DNA of 36,122 nt, taken from positions 1 to 36,122 of the IMG/VR virus record IMGVR_UViG_3300020403_000037; one strand, 5' to 3'. Both the position numbers and the translations under genes were made by a program. A model generated the notes under the pieces. It saw only the letters and a list, made by a program, of their open reading frames with translations, searched no databases and was not told where the DNA came from. Positions 1 through 9,800 of this stretch are shown in pieces. The DNA is from a virus (Duplodnaviria > Caudoviricetes). How positions within the stretch are numbered: position 1 is the first letter of the stretch; every line of letters starts with the position of its first letter.

Positions 1-2
1 AA

Positions 3-545
3 GACTATAGTTCCATGGTGAACTTTGCACGTTGTAAGTGTCTTGGAGCAAATGTGTTGCGTGGACCGAAGCAAGTCCCGTGGGATGGTAAACTCAACTA
101 CGACTATCAGTTGTGGATTGACTCTGATATTGTGTTCGATACCGAGAAGTTCTATCGTCTTGTATGGATGGATAAGGACATTGCAGCAGGGTGGTATTGC
201 ACCGAGGATGGTATGACTACTTCCGTTGCTCACTGGTTGGAGGAAGATGATTTCCGTACCAATGGTGGAGTGATGAATCACGAGACCTTGGAGACGATGA
301 AGAACCGTCGCAAACCATTTACAGTTGACTACACTGGTTTTGGATGGGTATTGATTAAGAAGGGTGTATTTGAGAGTCTTGAGTACCCCTGGTTTGCTCC
401 TAAGATGCAACAGTTTGAGTCTGGTGAAGTTCAGGACATGTGTGGTGAGGACGTTTCATTCTGTCTTGATGCCATGGCAAAGGACTTTGAGATTTGGTGT
501 GACCCCAAGATTCGAGTTGGTCACGAAAAAACCCGTGTTATCTGA
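3..545 (+). CDS. GT-A fold glycosyltransferase, 5'-truncated by the window edge
   Basis: The frame is open from position 3 (DYSS-MVNFARC...), so ATG15 is probably internal. It has a DxD motif (WIDSDIVF), GFGWVLIKKGVF, GEDVSFC and a C-terminal VGHEK, the pattern of GT2-like phage glycosyltransferases. Confidence 0.8.
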   Translation, partial: DYSSMVNFARCKCLGANVLRGPKQVPWDGKLNYDYQLWIDSDIVFDTEKFYRLVWMDKDIAAGWYCTEDGMTTSVAHWLEEDDFRTNGGVMNHETLETMKNRRKPFTVDYTGFGWVLIKKGVFESLEYPWFAPKMQQFESGEVQDMCGEDVSFCLDAMAKDFEIWCDPKIRVGHEKTRVI

Positions 546-559
546 GGTTTTTTAGAGAG

Positions 560-582
560 AAGGTCCTACGGGACCTTTTTTT
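560..582 (+). terminator. Rho-independent terminator
   Basis: AAGGTCC-TACG-GGACCTT forms a 7-bp stem with a C(UACG)G UNCG tetraloop, followed by a T run, 15 nt after the glycosyltransferase stop. Confidence 0.9.
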
Positions 583-587
583 ATGCC

Positions 588-616
588 TTGACGGAGGGTC
601 TTAGTGGTGTTATAGT
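588..616 (+). promoter_or_regulatory. sigma70-type (early) promoter with extended -10
   Basis: TTGACG (588-593), 17-nt spacer, TG at 608-609 and TATAGT (611-616), immediately after the terminator. Confidence 0.8.
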
Positions 617-682
617 ATGTTCAAGCCACTGATGAGTGGTGAAAAAAATCGCAAAAAACCTTTTCAAGGAGTGAATTAACAA

Positions 683-826
683 ATGGCACGGAAATCAAGC
701 CTGGGTAATAACAACAAACTGGAAGCAAAACCGAAAAAAACTCGTCAGGGTAGTGGACAGCACACCAAGTATGCCGCAACTAGTCGTAATTCAGCACGGA
801 AACGGTATCGTGGTCAGGGACGTTGA
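683..826 (+). CDS. 47-aa highly basic hypothetical protein (not in ORF track)
   Basis: SD AAGGAG at 666-671, ATG683 to TGA826. Translation: MARKSSLGNNNKLEAKPKKTRQGSGQHTKYAATSRNSARKRYRGQGR. I recall the KRYRGQG ending from small ORFs of T4-like marine phages. Confidence 0.85.
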   Translation: MARKSSLGNNNKLEAKPKKTRQGSGQHTKYAATSRNSARKRYRGQGR

Positions 827-840
827 TGGGTTGACCATTG

Positions 841-848
841 TATAGATA
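841..848 (+). promoter_or_regulatory. possible late promoter variant TATAGATA
   Basis: 7/8 match to the T4 late consensus TATAAATA, 22 nt before ATG871. The same octamer lies 24 nt before the gp25 ATG. Confidence 0.4.
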
Positions 849-870
849 GTAGAACGGATATAGTTTAGGT

Positions 871-1479
871 ATGAATGTACCAGATTGGTCTGCAGAGTAC
901 ACAAATATAGAGGCAGAAGACCTCTGGGTGTACAATAAATTGCAATTAAGTAGGGTTTTGGGGTATAACTGTGGACCAGTAGGGTTCCCAGTCCCAGAAC
1001 CCACTTTTTATGTTGTACGTCCAGTAGTAAATTTCCTTGGAATGGGACGAAATGCTCGTATCATGTGGTTGAATGGGTCAACTGACTTCATACATCCAGG
1101 TGAATTTTGGTGTGAGGTCTTTACTGGAGAGCATCTTAGTGTTGATTTCAGAGATATGAAGTCAACATTAGTCGTAAAAGGGCATCGGCATGAAAAAAAC
1201 CCACTATATAAGTGGGATAAGTGGGAAAAAGTCGATAGAAAGGTCGAATTTCCGAAAATTTTAGAGAAAATTGGTCAAAAATATGAATGGATTAACTGTG
1301 AGTTCATTGATGGGAAGTTAATCGAGGTCCATATCCGACAAAATCCCGATTTTAGGTTTGGAAATGACGTTGCAGTGCCTATTTGGGATGATAATAAGTG
1401 GAATCATGAGTCAATTTACTCAGATCACACGTATATTGAGGATAGAGACCATAAAAGAAGAGGATTTTACGTTAAATAA
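871..1479 (+). CDS. hypothetical protein, probable ATP-grasp-like fold
   Basis: 202 aa. YVVRPVVNFLGMG, WCEVFTGEHLSVD and INCEFIDGKLIEVHIR parallel the ATP-grasp motifs VxKP..G.G, QEFI.G.E..VD and D/E..IEVNxR. Confidence 0.6.
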   Translation: MNVPDWSAEYTNIEAEDLWVYNKLQLSRVLGYNCGPVGFPVPEPTFYVVRPVVNFLGMGRNARIMWLNGSTDFIHPGEFWCEVFTGEHLSVDFRDMKSTLVVKGHRHEKNPLYKWDKWEKVDRKVEFPKILEKIGQKYEWINCEFIDGKLIEVHIRQNPDFRFGNDVAVPIWDDNKWNHESIYSDHTYIEDRDHKRRGFYVK

Positions 1480-1520
1480 TAGTGTTATTTTTAAATAGGT
1501 CTGAAAAACTCTTATAGATA
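1471..1520 (+). promoter_or_regulatory. cluster of T4-type late promoter-like elements upstream of g25
   Basis: TAAATA at 1473-1478 and 1492-1497, and TATAGATA at 1513-1520, in an AT-rich region. Confidence 0.5.
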
Positions 1521-1544
1521 TACTATATACTCCATTTTATTTTA

Positions 1545-1946
1545 ATGGCAACAAGGGTATCTAAAGGTTTTAATGATATCAGCTTATCTTTTGCCAAGCA
1601 TCCTGTCACCAATGACATTTTAGTCTTGAAAAACGAGGATGCTATCAAAAGAGCTGTGCAAAATTTGATACAGACTAACATAGGTGAACGTTATTACAAC
1701 AGAAATTTAGGGACAACAGTCAATGAGTCCCTATTTGAGTTGACGACGATGGAAACCAGTACGATTTTGAAAGAAGAAATCAAAACTGTCATCAGAAACT
1801 TTGAACCAAGAGTGGTTTTACGCAAAGTTGACGTGAATGTGCCCGATGATGCAAATGAAGTCAATATTTTACTAGATTATGAGATTGTTGGTCAACAGTT
1901 CTCCACTCAGAACGTTGAGTTCTTACTCCAATCAACTAGAATATAA
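1545..1946 (+). CDS. g25: baseplate wedge subunit gp25
   Basis: 133 aa with DISLSF..HP, AIKRAVQNLIQT..GER, LFE and IRNFEPRV, typical of the gp25/GPW family. The stop overlaps the g6 start (TAATG). Confidence 0.92.
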   Translation: MATRVSKGFNDISLSFAKHPVTNDILVLKNEDAIKRAVQNLIQTNIGERYYNRNLGTTVNESLFELTTMETSTILKEEIKTVIRNFEPRVVLRKVDVNVPDDANEVNILLDYEIVGQQFSTQNVEFLLQSTRI

Positions 1947-3832
1947 TGTCACTTAACCAGTTTACAAACTTAGACTTTAGAGATTTAAGGGAGCAGATTA
2001 AAGAATACCTTCGTACAAACAGTAATTTTACTGATTTTGACTTCGAGGGTTCTAACTTCTCTAACCTTATTGATATTTTAGCGTATAACTCATACGTGAC
2101 GGCATTTAATACAAATATGACCGTCAATGAGTCATTTTTGGATAGTGCGACGTTAAGGGAGAACGTTGTTTCACTTGCAAGAAATATTGGATACGTACCA
2201 AGGTCAAGAAGAGCATCAGCAGCAAAAATTTCATTCCGTGTATCGACTGCGGGATTCCTTGATGTTAAGTCTGTGACCCTCAAAGCTGGTGTTGTTGCTC
2301 TGGGTAGCATAGAGGCAGGTAACTACGTCTTCTCTATCCCAGAGGACGTTACAGTGCCTGTTGATAGTGATGGAATTGCTAACTTTACTGACCTTTCAAT
2401 CTTTGAAGGGACATATCTGACAAAAAGTTTTACAATTGATAATTCTCAACAAAATCAAAGATTTGTCCTACCAAATCCATTTGTAGACTCTACTAGTATT
2501 AGAGTATTTGTAAGTGATTTGACTAATGAAGAATATGTTCAGTATTCTAATATCTTGAATATTGATAATCAGTCAAAAATATTCTTGATTCAAGAAGTTG
2601 AAGACGAAAAATATGAAATTGTCTTCGGTGATGATGTTTTTGGTAAGAGACCAACCTCTGGAAGTTCTGTTTTTGTAAGTTACATCACCACAACAGGAAA
2701 AGAAGGTAATGGTTGTGCAAACTTCAACTTTAGTGGAATTTTAGAAGACAATAATTCAAATAGAATTACTCAAGGGGTATCACCAATCACAACAACTCAG
2801 TCCTCTGAGAATGGTGATGACATCGAGAAGATGGACAGCATTAAATATCTTGCTCCTAGAGTTTATTCATCTCAAAACAGAGCGGTGACAGCAAATGATT
2901 ATAAGGGTCTTATTCCTACAATTTTTCCTAATGTTGAATCTGTTACTGCTTATGGTGGGGATGAACTCGATCCTCCAGAATATGGAAAGGTATTCATTTC
3001 CATCAAACCCAGACAAGGTAAATACATCTCAAAGATAACCAAAGAGGAAATTAAGAAAGAACTTAAGAATTATTCTATTGCTGGTATCAAACCAGAAATT
3101 GTTGACCTTAAGTATCTCTACATTGAACTCAACACAAGTGCATACTATGACAGAAGTGCTATTTCTGATGTTACCTCACTGAGAAATAGAATCATTAACA
3201 CACTTGAATCATATGGAACATCATATGACTTGAATAACTTTGGTGGTAGATTTAAGTATTCAAGAGTAATGAGTCTAATTGATGATGTTAGCAGTGCTAT
3301 CACATCTAACATCACTAAGGTGAAGATTAGACGAGACATGCAACCAGTTCTCAATAAGTTTGCAACTTATGAGTTATGTTTTGGTAATGCATTCCATATC
3401 AAGAAGAATAATATTGCAGATAACAGAGGATACAATATTAAGTCAAGTGGATTTACAATTGATGGTGTTGCAGGAACAGTGTACTTGAGTGATGTCCCCA
3501 TCACAGATAAAACAGGGACAATATTCTTCTTCACTTTAAAAGATAACATTCCATTTATTGTTAGAAACAATGCTGGAACAGTTTATTATGACAAAGGTGA
3601 AATTCTCTTAGATACAGTTAATATCACTAGCACGGTGAGTGAGTCTGGAATTGAAGTAGAAGGAATTCCAGAGTCAAATGATGTCATCGCATTGAAGGAT
3701 ATATACTTAGAACTAAGTATGGAAAATCTTGTTGTTAACATGGTTGAAGATAAGATTAGTTCTGGTGAAAATACATCTGCTACCGAATATATCGTAACCT
3801 CAAGCTACTTCACGCAAGATTATACAAGATAA
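1946..3832 (+). CDS. g6: baseplate wedge subunit gp6
   Basis: 628 aa with LDF, FTDFDFEGSN, ESFLDSATLRENVVSLARNIGYVP, QNRAVTANDY and YGKVFISIKP. Confidence 0.95.
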   Translation: MSLNQFTNLDFRDLREQIKEYLRTNSNFTDFDFEGSNFSNLIDILAYNSYVTAFNTNMTVNESFLDSATLRENVVSLARNIGYVPRSRRASAAKISFRVSTAGFLDVKSVTLKAGVVALGSIEAGNYVFSIPEDVTVPVDSDGIANFTDLSIFEGTYLTKSFTIDNSQQNQRFVLPNPFVDSTSIRVFVSDLTNEEYVQYSNILNIDNQSKIFLIQEVEDEKYEIVFGDDVFGKRPTSGSSVFVSYITTTGKEGNGCANFNFSGILEDNNSNRITQGVSPITTTQSSENGDDIEKMDSIKYLAPRVYSSQNRAVTANDYKGLIPTIFPNVESVTAYGGDELDPPEYGKVFISIKPRQGKYISKITKEEIKKELKNYSIAGIKPEIVDLKYLYIELNTSAYYDRSAISDVTSLRNRIINTLESYGTSYDLNNFGGRFKYSRVMSLIDDVSSAITSNITKVKIRRDMQPVLNKFATYELCFGNAFHIKKNNIADNRGYNIKSSGFTIDGVAGTVYLSDVPITDKTGTIFFFTLKDNIPFIVRNNAGTVYYDKGEILLDTVNITSTVSESGIEVEGIPESNDVIALKDIYLELSMENLVVNMVEDKISSGENTSATEYIVTSSYFTQDYTR

Positions 3833-3833
3833 G

Positions 3834-6800
3834 ATGTCAGATTTAAATCGAGTAAAGGTTCAACATATTATTGAATCTCAGATTCCAGAATTTCTAAATG
3901 TTGAGTCACCACTCTTCAGAGAGTTTTTAGAAAGATATTACATTTCGTTGGAGCACCCAACAGGTGCAGTAGATCTTGCTGCTAATCTTCCTGGATTAAA
4001 AGATTTAAAAACTTATAATAATGAAAGATTCCTTAGCTCGGTAGTTCCAAGTTTACTGACAAAAGAGTTGTATGCATTTGATACAACCGTAAACGTTTCT
4101 CACACTATTGGATTTCCAGAGAGAAATGGTCTTGTAAAAATTGATAATGAAATAATTTACTACGGTCACAAAACTGCTACCTCTTTTGAAGAGTGCGCTC
4201 GTGGATTTAGTGGCATTGATGCAATCAAATTAAATACAAATTCTTCATTACTTAACTTCACATCTTCCCAATCTGACTTCCATGATACGGGGTCTCAAGT
4301 AGGTAATTTAAGTCTTGTTTTTTATGAAGAATTATTTGTTAAGTTTAAGTCCCAGTTCCTTCCTGGATTTGAAAATCGCAATTTTTTAAGTAATTTAAAG
4401 ATAGGAAATATCCTAGCTAGAGCAGTAGATTTCTACACCTCTAAAGGCACCGACCAATCATACAAAATTTTATTTTATGCTCTTTTTGGTGAGCATATTG
4501 ATTTAATCAAACCACAAGAATTTATTCTGAGACCATCTGATGATAATTATTTTACTACTCAGAATGTTCTCTTAGAAAAAGTTAATGGTTCTGATCCACT
4601 TTTACTAAAAGGAAAAACTTTATTCCAAGATAACATCACCGTACAAGGTACAAGTGGTGCAATCTACTCTGTTGAGTTCAGACCAATTGATGATAGAGAT
4701 TTATATGAAGTCTATTTGGATAGCACTTCCATCACCACAGAATTCAAGAGTACCAAAAAGACAAACTTAACAAGGGCAGCAGCATCATCTGATAAAATCT
4801 TATATGTAGATTCTACAGTAGGATTTCCAGAGAGTGGTAGTCTTTATGCAAAACTCCCTAATGACATCTATACTACTATTTCTTACTCAGGGAAAACAAA
4901 CAATCAACTTCTTAACATTACAAATCTGAATAATGAACTAGTTGAAGGAACTGAAGTATTTGAAACTAACTTTGTTTATGCGTTTGATGATAATGGTTCC
5001 AAAGTAGAGTTTAGATTAATTAACGTTATTGGTGCAGTTGATGCATCCGAGAGTTCTAGTTTAGTTGTTGGTGATAAAATTAATCTGTCATCATTTGGTG
5101 CAGAACTTGGAGATGTTCCAGAATTTTCTAGTTGGTTATATAATACAAAAACAAATCACCAAATTAAGTCTATATCACTTTCTGGTTCCAGTACTGGAAA
5201 TGTATATAGAGTTGAATTATTTGATAATGTTCAATTTTACTTAGGGCAAGAGTTACTACTCTTTAATCCAGACAAAGTTTCTGATACAAAAGTTTCATGT
5301 GAAGTTGATTCTATCATTTCAAAAAACATTATTGAAGTTTCTTGTAATACAAATGTCTTAGATAAGACTCAACTGAGAAAAATTATCATTACAGGTAAGA
5401 GTGACAATAATCACACACCATCTGTTGTAAACATTCCAGTTGGTGTTCAAAATAGTTACATTAGTAAGGATAATAAGAATTTTTATGTTGCGGCATCAGG
5501 AATGCCGAACTACACACTTTATGCTAAGAGCAGAACTCTTACTGCTGAGACAGCACTAGGAGTTGGAAAAACAGATATTCTAGAAACTGATACTGTTCAT
5601 AAGTTCTTCACTGGTGAGCAAATTTACTATAATCCACAAGATGACTCTCCCATTCGTGAAGGAATTTATTACATCACTTGTGTCGGTGCAATTAAAGATA
5701 GTAAGAGGGTCAAGTTATCTTTAAGTAAGAGTGACCTTTATTCTGGAAAATATCTAGAATTTGAAGATGTTCTCGATGATACATTTGTCAAACTAGATTA
5801 TGAGAATAAGACTGTTGAGAACCAAAGACTTTTAAAGAAATTCAATTTAATTAAAGGTGATAGTAGCCTTAAGCAAGTTGCTAGCAGGTCTACTAATAAT
5901 AGACAAATTGGTATGCTTATCAATGGTGTTGAGTTATACTCACCAACACTTTTTGATGAGAACGTTTATTATGGAAAAATTGAAGAAATTATTGTAACTA
6001 ATTCTGGTTCTGGATATGATGTTATCAATCCACCAGAACTGGAGATTAAAGACGTTGCAGGAAAGAACGCAAAGGGATACTTAAATCTTACAGGTAGTTT
6101 AGACTCCGTTAAAATTATTACTCCTGGTATTGGATATGCAAGCAAACCAAAGATTACTTTGGTTGGTGGAAATGGAGTAGGAGCAGTTGTTGAACCCAAT
6201 CTAGTCAAACAAAGAATTGAATCTGGTTTCAAAGGAGATGGTTCTGGAGTAAACCCAGTAACAAATACAATTACATTCTCTGAGAATCACACCTTTGATG
6301 ATGGTGAAGTTGTTTCATATAATGCAAACACTAATGCAGAAATCACACCACTAAAATCAAATTCAAACTATTTTGTTGGGGTAGTAGGTCCAAAGGAAAT
6401 CAAACTGTTTGAAAGTGAAGTAAATGCATTTAATAAGACTAATGAGATAAACCTCTCTGGCATTAGTTCTGGATTCCATTCATTCAAAACACTAAAAGCA
6501 AAGACTACAATAACTGACCTTTATGTAAAAAATGGTGGTTCTGGGTATTCAAATAAAATTGTCAGAATCCCTTCAATCATTGCATTTGATGGAACTACCA
6601 ATGGTGTAAACACTTTTGATGACTACATTTATGCACATAATCATTCATTTAAAGACAGGGATATTTTAAGATATTCTACCACTAATACAAGCATTGGTGG
6701 TCTGTCAACTACAACAGAATACATGGTAACTGTAGTTGATAGTGATAAATTTAGACTATCCGAACTTGGAACGGGAGTTGAGCAAATTGACGTAAACTTC

Positions 6801-9800
6801 ACAAACAGAAGGTATGTTGGTCTATCATCTCTTGGAATTGGAACTCATACATTCTCATATCCACCAATTAGACTAGAAGTAGAAAGTCTATCTGGAATTG
6901 GTGCAACAACTGTTATTAGACCACAATTTGAACCAATTATACTTGGTTCTATTGAAAGTGTCTTCTTAGAAAACTCTGGTGTTGGATATGGTGTATCAAA
7001 TATTGTCAACTTCCATAGAAGACCTGATATTCAAATCAAAAATATTGATTCTGAGGCACTGTTAAGACCAATTGTGGTCAATGGTTCTATTGTAGATATT
7101 CAATTCTTGACCTTTGGATCTGGTTATGACAAGGGAATTGATGTAGTTGTTTCTGGAAGAGGAAGTTATGCTGACATTAGACCTGTTGTAGAAAATGGTA
7201 GGATTGTTGCTGTAAATATTGCAAATGGTGGTATTGGATACAGCAGTGAAGATACTGAGATTAAAATCATTAGAAGGGGTATTGACGGAAGATTCCTGGG
7301 TAATGTAACAGAATGGAAGATTAATCAGTATGAGAAAAATAAAGAAGTTCTAAAGACTGATGATGAGGGTGTCATTGCTCCAAGTAAGAATAAGAACTTG
7401 GGACTTCAACTGGTTAATTTTAACACTCCAAAGATTATTAGAAGAACTCTAGATGACCACATTGATAGTTCAAACAGAGAGGACGCAAATAATGTTCACT
7501 CACCAATTGTTGGATTTGCTTATGATGGAAACCCAATTTATGGTCCATATGGTCAAGTAGGTTCTGATTTTAGAAGAATCAGGTCTAGTTATGCTAAAAG
7601 AATTGAACCAAATACTCTACTAAGACCACCTGGATTCCCAGACGGATTCTTCACTCAAGATTATTATTATGATAAAGCAATCGGTGATTTGGATGAACAC
7701 AATGGAAGATATTGCAAAACACCAGAATTTCCTGATGGTGTTTATGCATATTTCTCAACCATTGATAACAATGCAATCTCAAATCCAGAGTATCCATATC
7801 TAGTTGGTGAAGAGTTTAGAGACTATGTTATTACTGAGAACTATGCATCGACATTTAATCAAGATTCTACCATTGAAACCCTTGATGTAACTAGAAATAT
7901 TGGTCCATACTACATTAATTCTCAGTTCTCATCATATGATTTAATTAGTAACACAGATGAAAAATATCTACAAGAATTTACAGTAACAAAAACTCTAAGT
8001 TCTGGTATTGATTCTGTTCAAATTTATTCACCAGGTGAAGGATACAAGGTAAAAGATAATGTAGAATTTGATAATACTGGTACTGATGGTTCTGGAGCAT
8101 CTGCTGCTGTTTCGAGAATCAGAGGAAAGGATGTTAGCAAGATTGAAGTTGGTATTTCTTCAGCATTGGGTGTTAACTTTGTAACTTCTGGAAAGAATGT
8201 TATTGGTATTGCACAGACTCCTCATGGACTAGTTACAGGAGAACGCATCCAGATATCTGCAATTTCCGATGCAAACTTCTCATTCATCAATGGAATTAAA
8301 AAAATTATTGTTCCACAAAAGACCGTTGGACTATCTAGTGATGTTGACCAGCAAGTTATAACAGGCAACGTAACTGATATCATTGTCAATGATGTAAATG
8401 GTTTTGAGATTGATGATTTTATTGACCTTGGTGGAGAAACATTAAAAATTCTACAAATCGATCCTAAAGAATCTACCTTTAGAGTACATCGTATTTCAAA
8501 TACTGGTATTCATACTGAGGGTGATTCGGTAAAACTATTGCCAACGAAGTTTTACTTTGCTGAGCAAAAAATTAATAAGGGAATCAAACCAAATGAAATA
8601 GTATATTTCCCATCAAAGACTTTAGTTGGGTATGGTTCAGATGGTTCTGATTATGCACAAAACAATGGAAGTAACATCCATGTTGCCCCTAGATCTTTAT
8701 TCATCAAGGAACATAATTTCTTTACTGGTCAAGAGTTAAAGTACAATATTGGTGTAGATGGTGGTGGACTTTTAGTATCAAATGATGCAAATCCATCTAA
8801 TGCATTCTCACTTACAGACGGTCAAACTGTATATGCAGTAAATCTTGGTAATGATTTTGTTGGTCTATCCACCTTGGGATATACAACATCAACTGGAATT
8901 GGAACAAATCAAAATTCACTATTCTTCTATGATGACAATACTGTAGCTGGAGCAGCACATTCACTTGCGACAAATTATGGTCGTGTTTCTGGTAAGGTAG
9001 AAAGTTTTAACCTAAATGTCACAACTATTGAACCACATGAACTGACTAGTGGTGATGAAATCAAGTTTAATTTACTGCCACTACTAACCAATACGTATCA
9101 GATTAGATACGATACGGTTATCAGAAAAATGACAACAGAGGTTGTTGATTTTGATGGTGTAACTGATGTTGATTCTACTGGAAATGAAATCCATTTTGCA
9201 GACCATAATTTTAAAACAGGGGATAAAATTGCTTACTATGCAAATGGAAATCCACTAGTTGGTGGTTTGGAAGATAGAAAAACCTATTACGTAATTAAAG
9301 AAAATCCAGATAAAATCAAACTTGCTCAATATTACACAGATGCTATTGCTGGAAAGGAAATAGACCTAACCTCAAACAGCACAGGAACACATGGTATTGC
9401 TCTAATTAATCCACCATTAATTGGAACTAAAGGCAATAAGTTAAGATTTGATTTATCAGACTCTTCCCTTTCGGGAATGGACCTAAAACTGTATAAAGAT
9501 AGTGACCTCCTTATCGAAATTGAATCATATAGATTCACCAGAAATACTATAAATGCAGGTAGTCCCAATGCAGCATTGACTATTGATACTACAGATAAGA
9601 ACATAACAAATACTCTGTTCTATGCCTTAGTTCCATTTGCTGCAAATGTAATTGAAAAGACTCAAATCTCTGTTGATACTGAAGTTGTAGGTAACAATAA
9701 AATTACGTTGAATCCAAGTATTTACAACAATAGATATCCAATTGCATCTGTAGGTTCAACAACATTTAGATTCAACCTTCGTGATAAACCAGAATATTTC

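Noticed and set aside
629-644. CTGATGA...GAAA resembling a hammerhead ribozyme core
   Set aside because: Only 5 nt separate the motifs, so there is no real stem II. I found no compatible stems I and III with a UH site, and the CCACT/AGTGG hairpin explains the sequence.
831-860. TTGACC as the -35 of a second sigma70 promoter
   Set aside because: There is no acceptable -10 hexamer at 16-18 nt spacing.
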